Origin: Octopus sinensis
Taxonomy: Eukaryota
Direction of reading: 5' to 3'
Assembly: GCF_006345805.1 (NCBI RefSeq)
Contig: NC_042997.1
Location: forward strand, 211,358,001 to 211,422,000
DNA length: 64,000 bases
Both the position numbers and the translations under genes were made by a program. Below the pieces are notes generated by a model. That model searched no databases, was not told the origin of the DNA, and saw only the letters and a program-made list of their open reading frames with translations. Shown piece by piece: positions 1-12,812 of the stretch; within the stretch, counting starts at the first letter, position 1, and each line of letters begins with the position of its first letter.

Positions 1-295
1 TTCTCCTTCACTTTGTTTATACATACCAAGCTAAATGGAAGTCTTATTTTTTACTTCATATTAATATATTATGTTCAACTGAATAGATTCTAACATGTGA
101 CCAATATTGAAAAGTTTTGCAGCTGAACCAGTGCAAACTTCCTAACAAACATTGGTCTTCTCAAGAATAGTTTGCATTCCGTTGGACAATTTCTACCTCG
201 CTTCTCACTCTTAGGGCTCTTACTTAGCAAGACTGCATGTATCGGACCAGGTCATGAAAGTTACAGAGAGGGTCAAAATAAACCCTTGTATTTGG

Positions 296-578
296 CTCTT
301 TTTTTGTTTTACAGGGAGAAAACCTTTGACGGGGTCCCTTACTCCTTTATCTGGTAGGCAATGCAGAAGCTAAAGATGGATGAGTGGTCAGTGAGAGCAG
401 CAACAGCCATGTTCAGGGATGCTGTCTGTAAGGTTGGCAATATGTATAGCAATGAATTTAGTGTATAAGTGGGAGTTCTCCAAGGACTGGTTCTCAACCA
501 CTTCTTGGTTGTCCTCCAGGCCATAACAGAGGAATTTAAGACTGGCTGCCCTTGGGAGCTTCTCTAAGCTGACGACTT
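296..578 (+). mobile_element. RTE-clade LINE reverse transcriptase fragment (decayed)
   Basis: Translation KPFDGVP...VGVLQG...EEFKTGCPWELL*ADDL, a degenerate YADD motif. Confidence 0.85.
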
Positions 579-1558
579 ATGGCTGGGTGCCCTTCATAAC
601 ATCAACCACTCCATCGAGTGGGCTTAGTACTTTTTATGTGGCACCAACACAAGTGAGGTCAGTTTTGGCATGGTATTTACAGCTGGATGCCCTTCCGAAT
701 GCTAATCACTTTACAGTGTGGACTGGATGCTTTTTAAGTGGCACCTGCACTGACAGGGTCACCAAGTAACTTGCAAGACAAGAATCCTGTGAGAAGGGAG
801 GGAGCATTGGAGTAGGGGATCTTGTGTCAAATGATGAAAGGTTATAGTGAGACAGAGAGACAGAAAGAGGTGTTTTGCTGTGGAGGAAGTACATGGCTAC
901 TCAGTCAGAGGGAGAGAGGGAGAGATAGTGAAAGTGCAAGAGAGAGAGTAGGAGAGAGGTGGTGGCAAAGAGCCAGGGAATTTTCACAAGGAATGGGGAT
1001 CAGAATATTAACAGGATGGTTGAGAAGAGCAAAGGACAGATAGATGGTGGCAAAATGCCAGGGCATACCCTCAGGTATGGGGGCCAGAATATAAATGGTA
1101 GGGTATTGCCAAGGTGCATGGGTAGGAAGTAGAGACAACACATGAATGCAAAGAGTGTGGGGGTGGAGAATGGAATGAACCTGGGCATAAGGAGGGGGTG
1201 AGGAACAACAGGATAGCAATGATACAGTGAGCAGGGCAGTGAGGACAGGATTAGGGAGCTAGAGCTAAGCATAAGCATAGTGCATGAAGAAGAGGAAATG
1301 TGAGGAAGAGGAGAGGAGATGCAGTTTGGTTTCTTGGGGTAGGGTGTGCGAAAAGGTTTATTGTTGAAGGTGGCTGACACATATAAGGCATCCAATCCAC
1401 TCTGTAGAGTGGTTGGCATTAAGAAGGGCATCCAGGTGTAGAAACCAAGCCGAAATCAGACTGGAACCTGGTACAGCTCTCCAGTTTACCAGTCCAGTCA
1501 AACTGTCTGACCCATGCCAGCCTGGAAAATGGACGTTAAATGAAGATGATGAAGTTGA

Positions 1559-1603
<45 letters not shown>

Positions 1604-1763
1604 GTTGGAATTTACAAAAAAAAAAAACAACCAAAGACGAAGACTGGTGTGTAAACAATAAACAGATGTATTAGTTTAATGCTTGGGAAGTGAGAAAGTC
1701 TTTTACGTTTGAGCCTACGCTCTTCAACAGAAAGGAACACAGAAAGAAACAGGGAGAGAAAAT

Positions 1764-1842
<79 letters not shown>

Positions 1843-2298
1843 TATTAATCAATGGTTACAGTATCACATATCTATTATGACCAATCTCACCAAATGGCTT
1901 TGCATTAGGAGTTAAGTAACAGTCTGATTATGTAACCCTGCTGCACTCATCAGAGGTGGCCATTATGGAATGAAATATGGCAATTGCTCTCTATTGTTTG
2001 GGATGAATAGACGCATCCAGTTTGTGGTTGCTGTGAAAAATATGATGAAATGAATCAAGCAAGGGAGTGAGTTAAGAGTTATGTCCCTTGATACCAAAAC
2101 CTCGCCACTAGAGGGGGTTACGTTGCAAGTCGGAAAGAGTTCTCTGGAAATGAGTTTGTGGGAAATGTGTGTGTCTTTAAGGTTGGTGTTCTTGTGGAAA
2201 TATATTCACCTCTCATATTTGGGACTTTTTATGATTTATATGTTCAGATTTATGCGTGTGTGTGTTAAAAATATAAAAAATAAGCTTCATTGACTTAC

Positions 2299-2630
2299 TT
2301 TCCTTGAGGAATGGACTGTTGAATGTCTGCAGTCAGTTGAAGAGACGGTGCTGCCAACACGGTAGACTCAATACCTTTTGGTGTCTCATTTAATTTAGGT
2401 TCTTCCAAAGTCGTAACAAGTTTCATTTCTTCACTGTCTCCAAGACATTTATCTTTGGTTTCTATACTTCCCCCCGCAATACAGGCTTTTTTCTTTTCAA
2501 CAGACAATGGCACTGCTGTACTTTCTAAAGATTCTTTCCGCATTTGAAACAATGTCTCTTCTGAGAGTTTTGCAACACTTGCAGCAGCATTTTTCATGTT
2601 GGCATCAACTTTATCTTTTGAAAATGGTTC
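2299..2630 (-). CDS. Exon P (332 nt, phase 0 to 2); the gene probably continues left of the window
   Basis: ttgatag|GAA CCA...GGA AA|gtaagt. Encodes EPFSKDKVDANMKNAAASVAKLSEETLFQMRKESLES...QQSIPQG; 110 open codons in AT-rich context. Confidence 0.72.
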
Positions 2631-2906
2631 CTATCAAAATTAGAGTAATTTTAATATTTCAGAATAAAAACTGAATTCTGGAGAAGTTCTTTGAAGCAAT
2701 ATTTTTTAATTACTCATTTGTGTTCTTCAGTTAATGTTTTATTATATCACAAAACTAGGTTTATATTATTTTATACTATTTGTCAGCCTCATACCATTCT
2801 TCTGACACCAACATTACTGTATACCCATTCACCTTGCACCACTTCTTCATTAGTGTGTACATATACACCCCAGCATGGCCACAGCCTTAGAACATAAACA
2901 TATAAA

Positions 2907-2950
<44 letters not shown>

Positions 2951-3433
2951 ACAAAATAATAAATAAAACATATGCATATATACATACATATATGTACATA
3001 CCTACATATATGAGGTATGTACATATATGTACGTACCTACATCTATATGTATATATACATGCATACAGGACACAAAAAAAATGTAGAACACAATGAGAAA
3101 CAAAAACTTAAAAACAAAAACATGGAAACGGACTTTTTCAAACAACGAAAAAACAGAGTACAAGACATACAACACAAGGAATATTCCCCTTCTTCAGTTG
3201 CCCCTGCTTTGACTACTCCGTGTTTTGAAGATAAGCAGAAATAGTTTGTACTACCACTCCTACAAAAAGAACAACTTCCTCTTTCATCCATTATCCAAAA
3301 ACAAGTGTGTTTGAAAAGATAACTGAAAGCGTTTACACACACTAGAAAGAAACTTTTTCCAAAAAGGTTTTGAGGTTCTCATAAAGAATTTATAACTTTC
3401 TTTAAAAAATTATTTTTAAAAACTATCTTTTTT

Positions 3434-3718
3434 ATCTTTATATATAAAAGTGAGGTTGTGTGAGTGTCTGTCTCCTAAGATTTAGATTCCTAACTACTCC
3501 CACATTTTGCAGTGCAGTTTAACCAAAAGCGGCTATCTTATAGTCGTGATTCATATCGAGCCCTTCTGATGAGTCTATGATTTAAAAAAAAAATTTACCA
3601 TCGTTTTTTCCCATTTTTAATGCATTTTTTGCTATTATATAAGGGAAGTAACTCTCTAAAAATGCTTATATAGTTATTTCCCTTACAAACGCGAGCAACG
3701 CCAGGCGATACTGCTAGT
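3434..3718 (-). mobile_element. Helentron/HINE-like non-autonomous element (also 39641-39949 +, 42013-42387 -, related 4679-5110 +)
   Basis: Three copies begin ACTAGCAGTATCGCC(C/T)GGCGTTGCTCG and end in tatata..agat after a microsatellite. Class assignment rests on the terminal pattern only. Confidence 0.55.
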
Positions 3719-3774
3719 ATTTGATAAGACTGTATCAAGTAATTTTCACAAAAACCTTTAAATGTGTGTGTGTG

Positions 3775-4640
3775 TTGTTCATGCTGGCATGGGTTGGATG
3801 GTTTGACAAGGGCTGGTAAGCTGGAGAGCAGCACCAGACACCAGTCTGATTTGGCATGGTTTTCTACAGCTGGATGCCTTCCCTAATACCAATCACTCCA
3901 AGAGTGCAATGGGTGCTTTTACGTGCCTCTGGCACAGGTGCCAGTTGTGCGACACCAGTATCAGCCACAACAATGATTTCACTTAGGTTGATGGGTCTTC
4001 TCCTCAAGCACAGCATATTGCCAAAGGTCTCAGTCATGTCATTGCTTCCATCAGGCCCAACGGTCAACAGCTGCTTTTTATGTGCCAGCAGCATGGGGGC
4101 CAGATGCCTCAGTGAGGCCCAATGCTCAAAAGATGCTTATTGCATGTCACCAGCATGGGTGACAATTACGTGACACTGGCATCAGCCATGACCAGGATTT
4201 CGCTTAGCTTGATGGGTCTCCTCAAGCACAGCATGTCGCCAAAGGTCTCAGTCACTAGCCATTGCTTCTGTGAGACCCAACATTTGAGGTTCAGGCTTCA
4301 CCACCTCGTCCCATGTCTTCCTGGGTCCACCTCTACCACAGGTTCCTCCACAGTTAGAGATCAGCACTTTTTTTACACAGCTGTCCTCGTCCATATGCAT
4401 CACATGACCAGTGCAGGTGTCGCTCTTGCACACCACATCTGATGCCTCTTATGCACAACGCTCAAGACGCTTACACTTTGTCATGCATGCACACTGACAT
4501 TGCTCATCCAGCAAAGCATACCAGCTTCATTTCTTTCAAGCCTACGCATGTCCTCGGTTGTCACAGCCCTTGTTTCACTGCCATGTAGTATAGCTGTTTG
4601 CACACAGGCATCATACAGTCCACCTTTCAGGAACAATGTG
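3775..4640 (-). mobile_element. RTE LINE 3' end (ORF2 C-terminus, 3'UTR)
   Basis: LYDACVQTAILHGSET...MRRLERNE and GRGGPRKTWDEVVK motifs, followed by the shared 3'UTR. Confidence 0.85.
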
Positions 4641-5061
4641 TGTGTGTGTGTGTATGTATGTATTATACAGATATATATACTAGCTGTTGGACCCGGTGTT
4701 GCTTGTGTTTTCCATGTTGAAGTTAAGCCCAGCTCTGACCTTGAATTGAAATCTTCTACATTCCCTGTGCCAACTATTACCATTGATTTTGTTGAAATTT
4801 TACACGTGAAAAAATGCAAAGGCTGCAGGAAAAAATAACATTGTTATGGGAATTTCCATTCAATCACTCAATTGAGCTCACAAAAATCGATGCCAACTGA
4901 GCATTACCGAGTTTTCAAAAAGTTCTGGCCTTATTTGAACTTAAGGACATGTGATCTACCTATGTGCCAAAAATCATTAAAATCAGTTGGACGATGGGGG
5001 TAGAGTTAGAGTAACCCCAAACACACAGACAGACAGACAGCATTATACATTTATGTACGTG

Positions 5062-5115
<54 letters not shown>

Positions 5116-6099
5116 ACTATGCTGTGACCAATACTTGCTGTCAGATTAGCCCTGGATTCCAGACTAAACCTCAAAGACTAAATCCTTCCCAACCTACATT
5201 CTCAACAGTATCCAAAAATAATTCAATAAATCTTATTACTGTTATCACTTTTGTTTGATTGTTTCAGATTTCAAACACCACTAGAGGGAGACTTTCTCTG
5301 CTAATCGCTTGAATAATCTCAGTTAAAATCTTTAAACTATGTGATAATTTACTGTATTTGAGTAAGTCTTATCATTAAGACAAATCATAAATTTTGAAAC
5401 CTAACATCTTGAGCTAGGTTTTATTTATGAATTGTTGAGGTTTGTAAATAGTTCTTGGAAATTCTTATCTTTTTCATTCAAGACCAAAGTCATGGCCCCT
5501 GGCCTGTTTGAAAGCCTCCAAGATGCCAAACACTTGTAACAAAGTGGGCTCCCCTCAAGGCATTCAGGGCCAAGAATTGGGGAATGTGCAACAAGGTAAG
5601 GGATTAAATCTACTATTTACTGACTTTCAACTTATTTCAACTTTTTTTTTTTATTCTTCATCACCTGAGCCCCTTTATTTTGATGTACCCCAACTGGTAG
5701 GTGACCTGAACTGATTCCCTGTTAGCAATACCCAGCTGTCTTTGACGCTATACAATATCGTATTCCTGCTCTATATTGACCAGTTTTTTAGTATCAGCGA
5801 GAAAGAAGTTAGTCTTCATAGAAGAAGTCTTAAATTCTTGTATTGTTCTCATGATAAATAACTCTGATTCATATTCTTAAACTGGACAGGTCTCTAATCT
5901 CATTCAAAATTCGCACCTGGCCTTTTTACTTTGATTTTTCAGTCTATCATGATTAATGACTAACAAACAAGATGGATGGCATGGAACATTGTTGGAAATG
6001 CTGAAAAATTTTACAAAATATTTTTTAAAAATTAAGGAGGAATTTAATCATGGAAACAAATTCATAAATCAATCAATATTTAGAAACAGGTAACTTTTG

Positions 6100-6275
6100 C
6101 CATTATTTATGATGATGATGATGACAATAATGTGGAGGAGGATAATGATGATGAGGAGGTGGAGGATGACGATGATGATGATGAGAACAATGATGTTGAA
6201 GATTATGACGACAATAACGAAGAGGAGAAGGAGGAAGAAGATAACAAGAGCAATGATGATGATGATAGGATAATG
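6100..6275. repeat. Degenerate (GAT/GAG)n trinucleotide tract; also (CTA)n at ~6617-6657 and many (TA)n tracts
   Basis: Read directly from the sequence. Confidence 0.9.
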
Positions 6276-6615
6276 GAGATTTTTCTGTTTTTAGAATGTT
6301 CAAACATTTTGCTTTTTCAAAAATTAACTGAAATCAACTTTACAATTCTGGATTTCCGTAGATGCAAGATCGATCGAGATTAAACCTGATCGTCGTGTAT
6401 GGAAGCCATATTTTACATTGCATTGTGGCTGAGGCTTTACCGTTTTTCAAACTGATGGGAAGAAATTAAGAAAACTCCTCAAACCAATTCCATCTTCTTC
6501 ATTCCTGAGAAACTGAGGCACAGCAAAAAGACCCCTGTTCCATCACCCGACCCTGCCTCACTCACAAAAGCCAAAGATCTAACGAAGAAAACATTCACAG
6601 TTAAACATACACAGA

Positions 6616-6657
<42 letters not shown>

Positions 6658-7269
6658 AACTGTTACTGCTGTTGTTAATGATGGTTCATGCTGTTTTAAA
6701 ACGTGCACATCACAAAGACATCTTATTAACGACATTATATTTAATGAAGACAAGCAATAAATATTATTAGTAGAAGCTGTGTTTAGTAGAAAGTTTTAAA
6801 AACAGCCATTGTTGGCAAGCATTTACCAGGAATTAAACTTTGATCAGAAGAGAGAATTGTCAAATTGAAAAAAAAAAATATTTTTCTGAAAACACAAACT
6901 TATAAATGGAATGGTACAATGTGAAATGAGGTGCCAGAAGTAATTCTCCAAGACTTTACCAAAAAATCAGAGAAATTTTCTTTCTGTTCTGAAAAATAGT
7001 TTCTCCTTTGTTCAAAAGAAAGCCATTTAAACTTTGGCAGGGGTGTCTTTAAAGATGAGGAGTATCTTAAATATTCTAACCCCTCCATGTATATTTCCAT
7101 CCCTAACTCCAAGGATAATATTAGTTCCAACAAACATCTCACATGTTCTGGGATGCATCATTAATAAGACCCTAGGGTTTTTAAGGGGCTTCAGGTCTTT
7201 CAACATCAGGCTCCCCCACCCTGAGTCATCGTGGATCAAGTCCTAGCTTGCATCTCAGCAGTAACAAAC

Positions 7270-7590
7270 TAAGGGGTCTGCCCCTCTTTATCCAAAGCCA
7301 TCTAATAGCTTTCACTGCGGCTCGGATGATGACGCATACAAACTTCTTTTTTGCTGCATCAGGGACTCCAAGCCCAATCAGAACTTTACACAGTGATCAC
7401 CACCACCACCCAACCCCCTACCCCACCCCCAACCACACCCTAACAGCCTACTTCAGTTGATTCACAGTGTGTTCCCCACGCTTGACTTGTGCGATGCTCG
7501 ACCATCTCTTGGTATTTGGCATACTTTCTCTCATGAACTGCTTCCAGATTACAACCAATTCCTCTCACATCACCACCTGTTCAGGGTGGA
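7270..7590 (-). mobile_element. HERO/NeSL-like non-LTR retrotransposon 3' fragment (restriction-like endonuclease domain)
   Basis: NLEAVHERKYAKYQEMVE...WGTHCESTEVGC*G and AAVKAIRWLWIKR match the RLE C-terminal pattern (HERK..KY, EVGCRG, WLWxKR). Confidence 0.7.
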
Positions 7591-7780
7591 ATCGGTGAAC
7601 AAAATGGATTAATAACAATCTATTCATTTACGTATGAATGTATTCGTAACACAAACAAAATTAAGTTTAGTGTATCATTGGCGTAGGAACAGCTCTGCAG
7701 TCAAGGACTTCTCTTCAAGACATCCTTACAAATACTAGAAATACTCCTTCTAACTAAATATTTCCATTTTCCACATACAT

Positions 7781-7925
7781 ATCACACCTGAATATGACCA
7801 TGACATTATCTGTATACATATTACACCTGTATAGGGAAATGACATTATCTATATATATATTACACCTGTATGTGGAAACGACATTATCTATATGTATATA
7901 TTACACCTGTATAGGGAAATGACAT

Positions 7926-7956
<31 letters not shown>

Positions 7957-7975
7957 TACACCTGTATAACTTCAT
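7781..7975. repeat. Minisatellite, about 4 units of ~40 bp with embedded (TA)n
   Basis: Unit gacattatct[atat..]ttacacctgtatagggaaat, read directly. Confidence 0.85.
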
Positions 7976-8094
7976 GACACTTCCTGCAAACATGTTATAC
8001 TTGCATAGACTGACGACACTACCTGTATAAGTTGATGAGAGCTTTCAGATAAAGTAACAACTTGCTCTGTCATGTGACTAGAAATAACACTCAC

Positions 8095-8217
8095 AACACT
8101 GTTTTCTTCCTCGACAACATTGCCGTCTGAATCGGGTTCATATAAGTAGCTCTGACGCAGTTCACCCATAGATCTTGATAACTGAGAATCTCTCACAAAC
8201 AGGAAGCCCTCATTCAC
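8095..8217 (-). CDS. Exon O (123 nt, phase 0 to 0)
   Basis: cttagcag|GTG AAT...GTT|gtgagt. Encodes VNEGFLFVRDSQLSRSMGELRQSYLYEPDSDGNVVEEENSV. Phase-compatible; no homology recognised. Confidence 0.62.
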
Positions 8218-9083
8218 CTGCTAAGCAAAGATAATCCGTTAAAGGTATTACAGCAAGGTTTCGTATCAAATACATCAGAGAGAGACAATCAGACAGAACT
8301 CACCAGAGCACAAGGTCTAATAACATAATCAACATTAGCACAGGATTTAATTACATTCCACTAAACCATCATCATCATCACCACCATCATCTTAAAATAG
8401 TCTTTTCCATGCTTGCATGGGTTGACTAGCTTTTCAATGGCCGGACGCTCTTCCTGTCACCAATCCTTGTCTGTTTCCGGTGTAGGTACTATTTCCCCAT
8501 GGCCAAACAGGGTGACACGCAACATACCAAATGAACGACACCACTTGTATGAGGGTGACACTTGTTTACAGCAAACACGTGGAAGCAAGTAAAAGAGACA
8601 GTTTCACACACACACAAAAGAAATGGTCATTTACTTATATTTCTTAAACATTAATACTATTGATAGTGATTTCCAAATTTTGGCCAGTGAAGCCATTGTT
8701 GGACTGCAATGGAATTGAAGTTATTCTTGACTTTATATAGTCTCTGCTGAGAGAAAATAAGATTTTAAGATTAACTTCAATGCATTGCAGTCTGCCACTG
8801 GGATTAACTGGTCGACACTTCGAAGTCACTGTCAACAACATTCTTGTTTCAGAATAATAAATCTGTACCCTGCAAATGTATAGAGAAGCCCATCAGATTA
8901 ATGTAAATTATTTTTATTATAACTGAATGTAAAAAACAAACATTAACACACATACACACACACACGTGTGTGCCATTTAAACTTTGGCAGGGGTGTCTTT
9001 AGATTTGTTTAAAGATGAGGAGTATCTTAAATATTCTAACCCCTCCATGTATATTTCCATCCCTAACTCCAAGGATAATATTA

Positions 9084-9318
9084 TATTTCTTTACTACCTA
9101 CAAGGAGCTAAACACAGAAAGGACAAACAAGGACAGACAAATGGATTAAGTCAATTATATCGACCCCAGTGCGTAACTGGTACTTATTTAATCGACCCCG
9201 AAAGGATGAAAGGCAAAGTCGACCTCGGCGGAATTTGAACTCAGAACATAACGGCAGACGAAATACCGCTAAGCATTTTGCCCGACGTGCTAACGTTTCT
9301 GCCAGCTCGCCGCCTTTA
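9084..9318 (-). mobile_element. MetaSINE-like tRNA SINE with 16-bp TSD (other copies near 10275, 27470, 40700, 48960, 52084, 55330, 57000-57970)
   Basis: Core gtcgactttgcctttcatcctttcggggtcgat..taagtaccagt. TSD tccaaggataatatta at 9068-9083 and 9319-9334. Confidence 0.85.
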
Positions 9319-11489
9319 TCCAAGGATAATATTAGTTCCAACATACATCTTACATGTTCTGGGATGCATCATTAATAAGACCCTAGGGTTTTTAAGGGGT
9401 TTCAGGTCTTTCAACATCAGGCTCCCCCACCCTGAGTCATCGTGGATCAAGTCCTAGTAAGTGTGTGTGTGTGTGTGTGTGTGTAATTAGCTGCTTTCAG
9501 TTTCCCCCCTTTCAAATCCACTCACAAAACTCTGATCAGCCTGGGGCTATAGAGGAAGACATTTGCCTAAGGGGCCATGCAGTAGGACCTTAGGCAAGTG
9601 TTTATATTTCCGCTCCATGTTCGTAGCCTTTGATTAAGGCAAGAGAGAGATGATTAGGGGACTTTCATGTGCCCTGCTTTCTTTCATCAGTGTGCCACTC
9701 TGTGCCACCCTAAAACATTGTGTCACCTTGGTTGAATTGTATTCATCAAAGAGGATAAAGCATAATGAGATTGATATCAAAGAGAAACATGTTTAATTCG
9801 TTATAATCACATTGCCTAGATGGGATGGTCATGACTGGATCATCTTTGATAACAGATCTACAGGGTCAGGGCTGAACTGAGAGTAAACAACAATAGTAGG
9901 AATAAGGAAGTTTACAATTTATGTGGAGAGGGAGAAAACTTTAATGTTTCCAATTATCATGGATGAGGAGACAAGCCCATAGCTTGGACACTGCATATCA
10001 TCATCATTTAACGTTCGTTTTCCATGCTGGCATGGGTTGGACGGTTTGACTGAGGACTGGCAAGCCAGATGGCTGCATCAGGCTCCAGTCTGATCTGGCA
10101 GTGTTTCTACAGCTGGATGCCTTTCCTAACACTAACCATTCCAAGAGTGTAGTGGGTGCTTTTACGTGCCACTGGCACGAGGGCCAGTCATGCAATACTG
10201 GCGCCAGCCACGCTCAAATGGTGTTTTTTACATGCCACTTGCACAGGAGCCAGTCCAGCGGCACTGGCAACGATGAGCTGGCAGAACCGTTAGCACACCG
10301 GGCGAAATGCGTAGCCGTATTTCGTCTGCCGTTACGCTCTGAGTTCAAATTCCGCCGAGGTCGACTTAGCCTTTCATCCTTTCGGGGTCGATTAAATAAG
10401 TACCAGTTACGGACTGGAGTCGATATAATCAACTTAATCTGTTTGTCTATCCTTGTTTGTCCCCTCTGTGTTTGGCCCCTTGTGGGTAGTAAAGAAATAT
10501 ATATTTTAATTGTAATTTTCAAGGAAATTTCAAAGGAAGCTGCCAACCACATGGACATGTGTTCCATCTTGCTACAGGCTTTGTGTTACAAAGACAAGGC
10601 ACAAAACTCTGCCTCACTTCCCTCAACCTGGCTGACGATGGGCTTCACTGTTAACTAACCCTTTCATTACCATATTTCCGCTGAAACATACAACCTTTGT
10701 TTCAATTAATTTTTTTTTAAATTAAGAATATGATACAATAATTTTGTCCTTATTAGGCTGGTGCTTGGAAAATTTAGATTGTTTTAGAACAAGATGTTTG
10801 AGTCCAAGAAGCAGGGGTGGTCTCAGGTGGGTGCTATAAAAAGGGTTAATAAGGAACAGATTGGTTGGAATTACTAAATGATTGACAATAACGTCTCTCT
10901 GAAATGCATATGTGTTGGTTTCAATTAGTAAGAATAGCTGCAGCTTTGTGGTAAGAAACTTACTTTCCAACTGCAAAGTTCTGGGTTCAGTCCCACTGTA
11001 TGGTACCTTGGGCAAATGTCTTCTACTATAGCCTCTGTCCAACCAAATCCTTGTGAGTGGATTTGGTAGATGGAAACTGAAAGAAGCCCATTGTATGCAT
11101 GTGTGTCCCCCTACATGGCCTTGCTTTTGCTTTTTGAGCCAAAAAATTAACTTAACTTAACTTATATGTTTGTCCCCCACCGCTCCTTCACAACCGGCAG
11201 TGGTGTGTTTATGTCTCCTAACTTAGCAGTTTAGCAAAAAGAACTGACAAAATAGGTACCAGGCTTTAAAAAAATACTGGGGTCAGTTCATTCAACTAAA
11301 AACTCTTCAAGGCAGTGCCCCAGCATGGCCGCAATCTAATGACTGATACAAGTAAAAGATACAAGAATATAAAGGGGGAAAACATAGAAAGAACAACTGA
11401 ACTTCTCCATATTTCATGACACCACCATATATGCCATGTGGTATGATGGAGAATTGAGGGACAGATGTTGAACAACATTACTCATCAAT

Positions 11490-11780
11490 CATCAGTCATC
11501 GAGATCCCTTAATGGATTCACCCAGTCATTGGGATTCCACTCTCGACACTTTCGTGGTCAGCTGTCACTGCGGGGCCTCTGTTCTCTGTCGTGCAGGGTC
11601 GCAGGGTGAGAGTGTCCAGTCCTTGATGTTGTCAAACCAGCATTTTCTCAGTCTTTCGTCCTTCCTCTGCCCTGAAGAAGGGTTCAGCACAGGAAGTTGT
11701 AGCAGGAGACATGAGCGTACCAGGGCAAGCCCTCGTCTTTTTACCTGCGCAAGGAGCGGTTCCTGTCTGCCAGCCTTATT
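11490..11780 (-). mobile_element. Second RTE-type LINE 3' end (BovB/RTEX-like)
   Basis: Frameshifted match to QEPLLAQVKRR.LAWYAHV...TLLQG...RKCWFDNIKDWT. Confidence 0.65.
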
Positions 11781-12186
11781 TACTCTTTACTCTTTTACTT
11801 GTTTCAGTCATTTGACTGCGGCCATGCTGGAGCACCGCCTTTATTCGAGCAAATCGACCCCGGGACTTATTCTTTGTAAGCCCAGCACTTATTCTATCGG
11901 TCTCTTTTTGCCAAACTGCTAAGTGACAGGAACGTAAACACACCAGCATCGGTTGTTAAGCAATGCTAGGGGGACAAACACAGACACACAAACACATACA
12001 TATATATATATATACATATATACGACAGGCTTCTTCCAGTTTCCGTCTACCAAATCCACTCACAAGGCATTGGTCGGCCCGGGGCTATAGCAGAAGACAC
12101 TTGCCCAAGGTGCCACGCAGTGGGACTGAACCCGGAACCATGTGGTTGGTTAGCAAGCTACTTACCACACAGCCACTCCTGCGCCT
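11780..12186 (-). mobile_element. tRNA-derived SINE with CORE-like ccttgggcaag and (TAAAAGAG)n tail (also 14637-15027, 22030-22607, 10930-11370, 31540-31712, 32355-32520)
   Basis: Multiple near-identical copies: gtggctgtgtggtaag...ggttcagtccc...gtggatttggtagacggaaactg. Confidence 0.9.
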
Positions 12187-12718
12187 ATTTGTTCACTTGC
12201 TGGCCATAACGGACACACAGATATATGATGTCACTGGATCAACCAGACTATCAGATGCTGGTATACACCGCCAGTCACAATGCGCTTCCTTGCATTATTT
12301 CAGCTTTCCTAAGTGAGCAGACCAATGTTCAGCTTAAAAGGAAAAACCAGTTTGCCACAGGGGGCTCCATTTACAGCCGAGTGGACTGGACCGACAGGAA
12401 ACGAAATGTTTCACTTGAGAACACTGCACTGCCAGGCTAAGAATTGAGAACCACAATCTTGTGGTTTTCAGGAGTGCAGTACCCTTACCCCTAGGCTACA
12501 TGCCACTACACACACACACACACACACACAAGTGTTCTTCTTAAATACACAGTAACTCCTGCCGGAATATTGATATTCAGACAATTTTCTTTGTAATGAA
12601 ATTGTTTAAAACATTCTTAAATATTTTGATATTTTTAGTGTTAGCTCAGACCCACCACCACCACCACCACCACCATCAATAGCTGAAAGGAGAGGCTTTT
12701 GGAAGGCAAACAACTCAC

Positions 12719-12812
12719 CTGAGACTCCCCTCCATTATTCTCTTCAACCTCTTCCTCCGTTTCAATTCCAGAACAAACATTGATCAGTTGGTCAATGCAT
12801 TCGGTGACAAAT
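12719..12812 (-). CDS. Exon N, end of the talin R6-like helix followed by an acidic linker (94 nt, phase 2 to 0)
   Basis: gttacag|A TTT GTC...CAG|gtgagt. FVTECIDQLINVCSG matches talin AVTDSINQLITMCTQ, followed by the non-talin IETEEEVEENNGGESQ. Not in the ORF track. Confidence 0.85.

Noticed and set aside
1930-2031. Strong acceptor (ttttcacag) after exon P
   Set aside because: The required phase-2 frame stops after 12 codons; an ANKRD26-type coiled-coil C-terminus is expected further left.
3160-3215. CTGAAGA plus hairpin on the minus strand
   Set aside because: No GAAA follows the stem, so it is not a hammerhead.
6132-6383. Acidic ORF MEEDNDDEEV...
   Set aside because: A degenerate (GAT)n microsatellite on the strand opposite the gene; no supporting exon signals.
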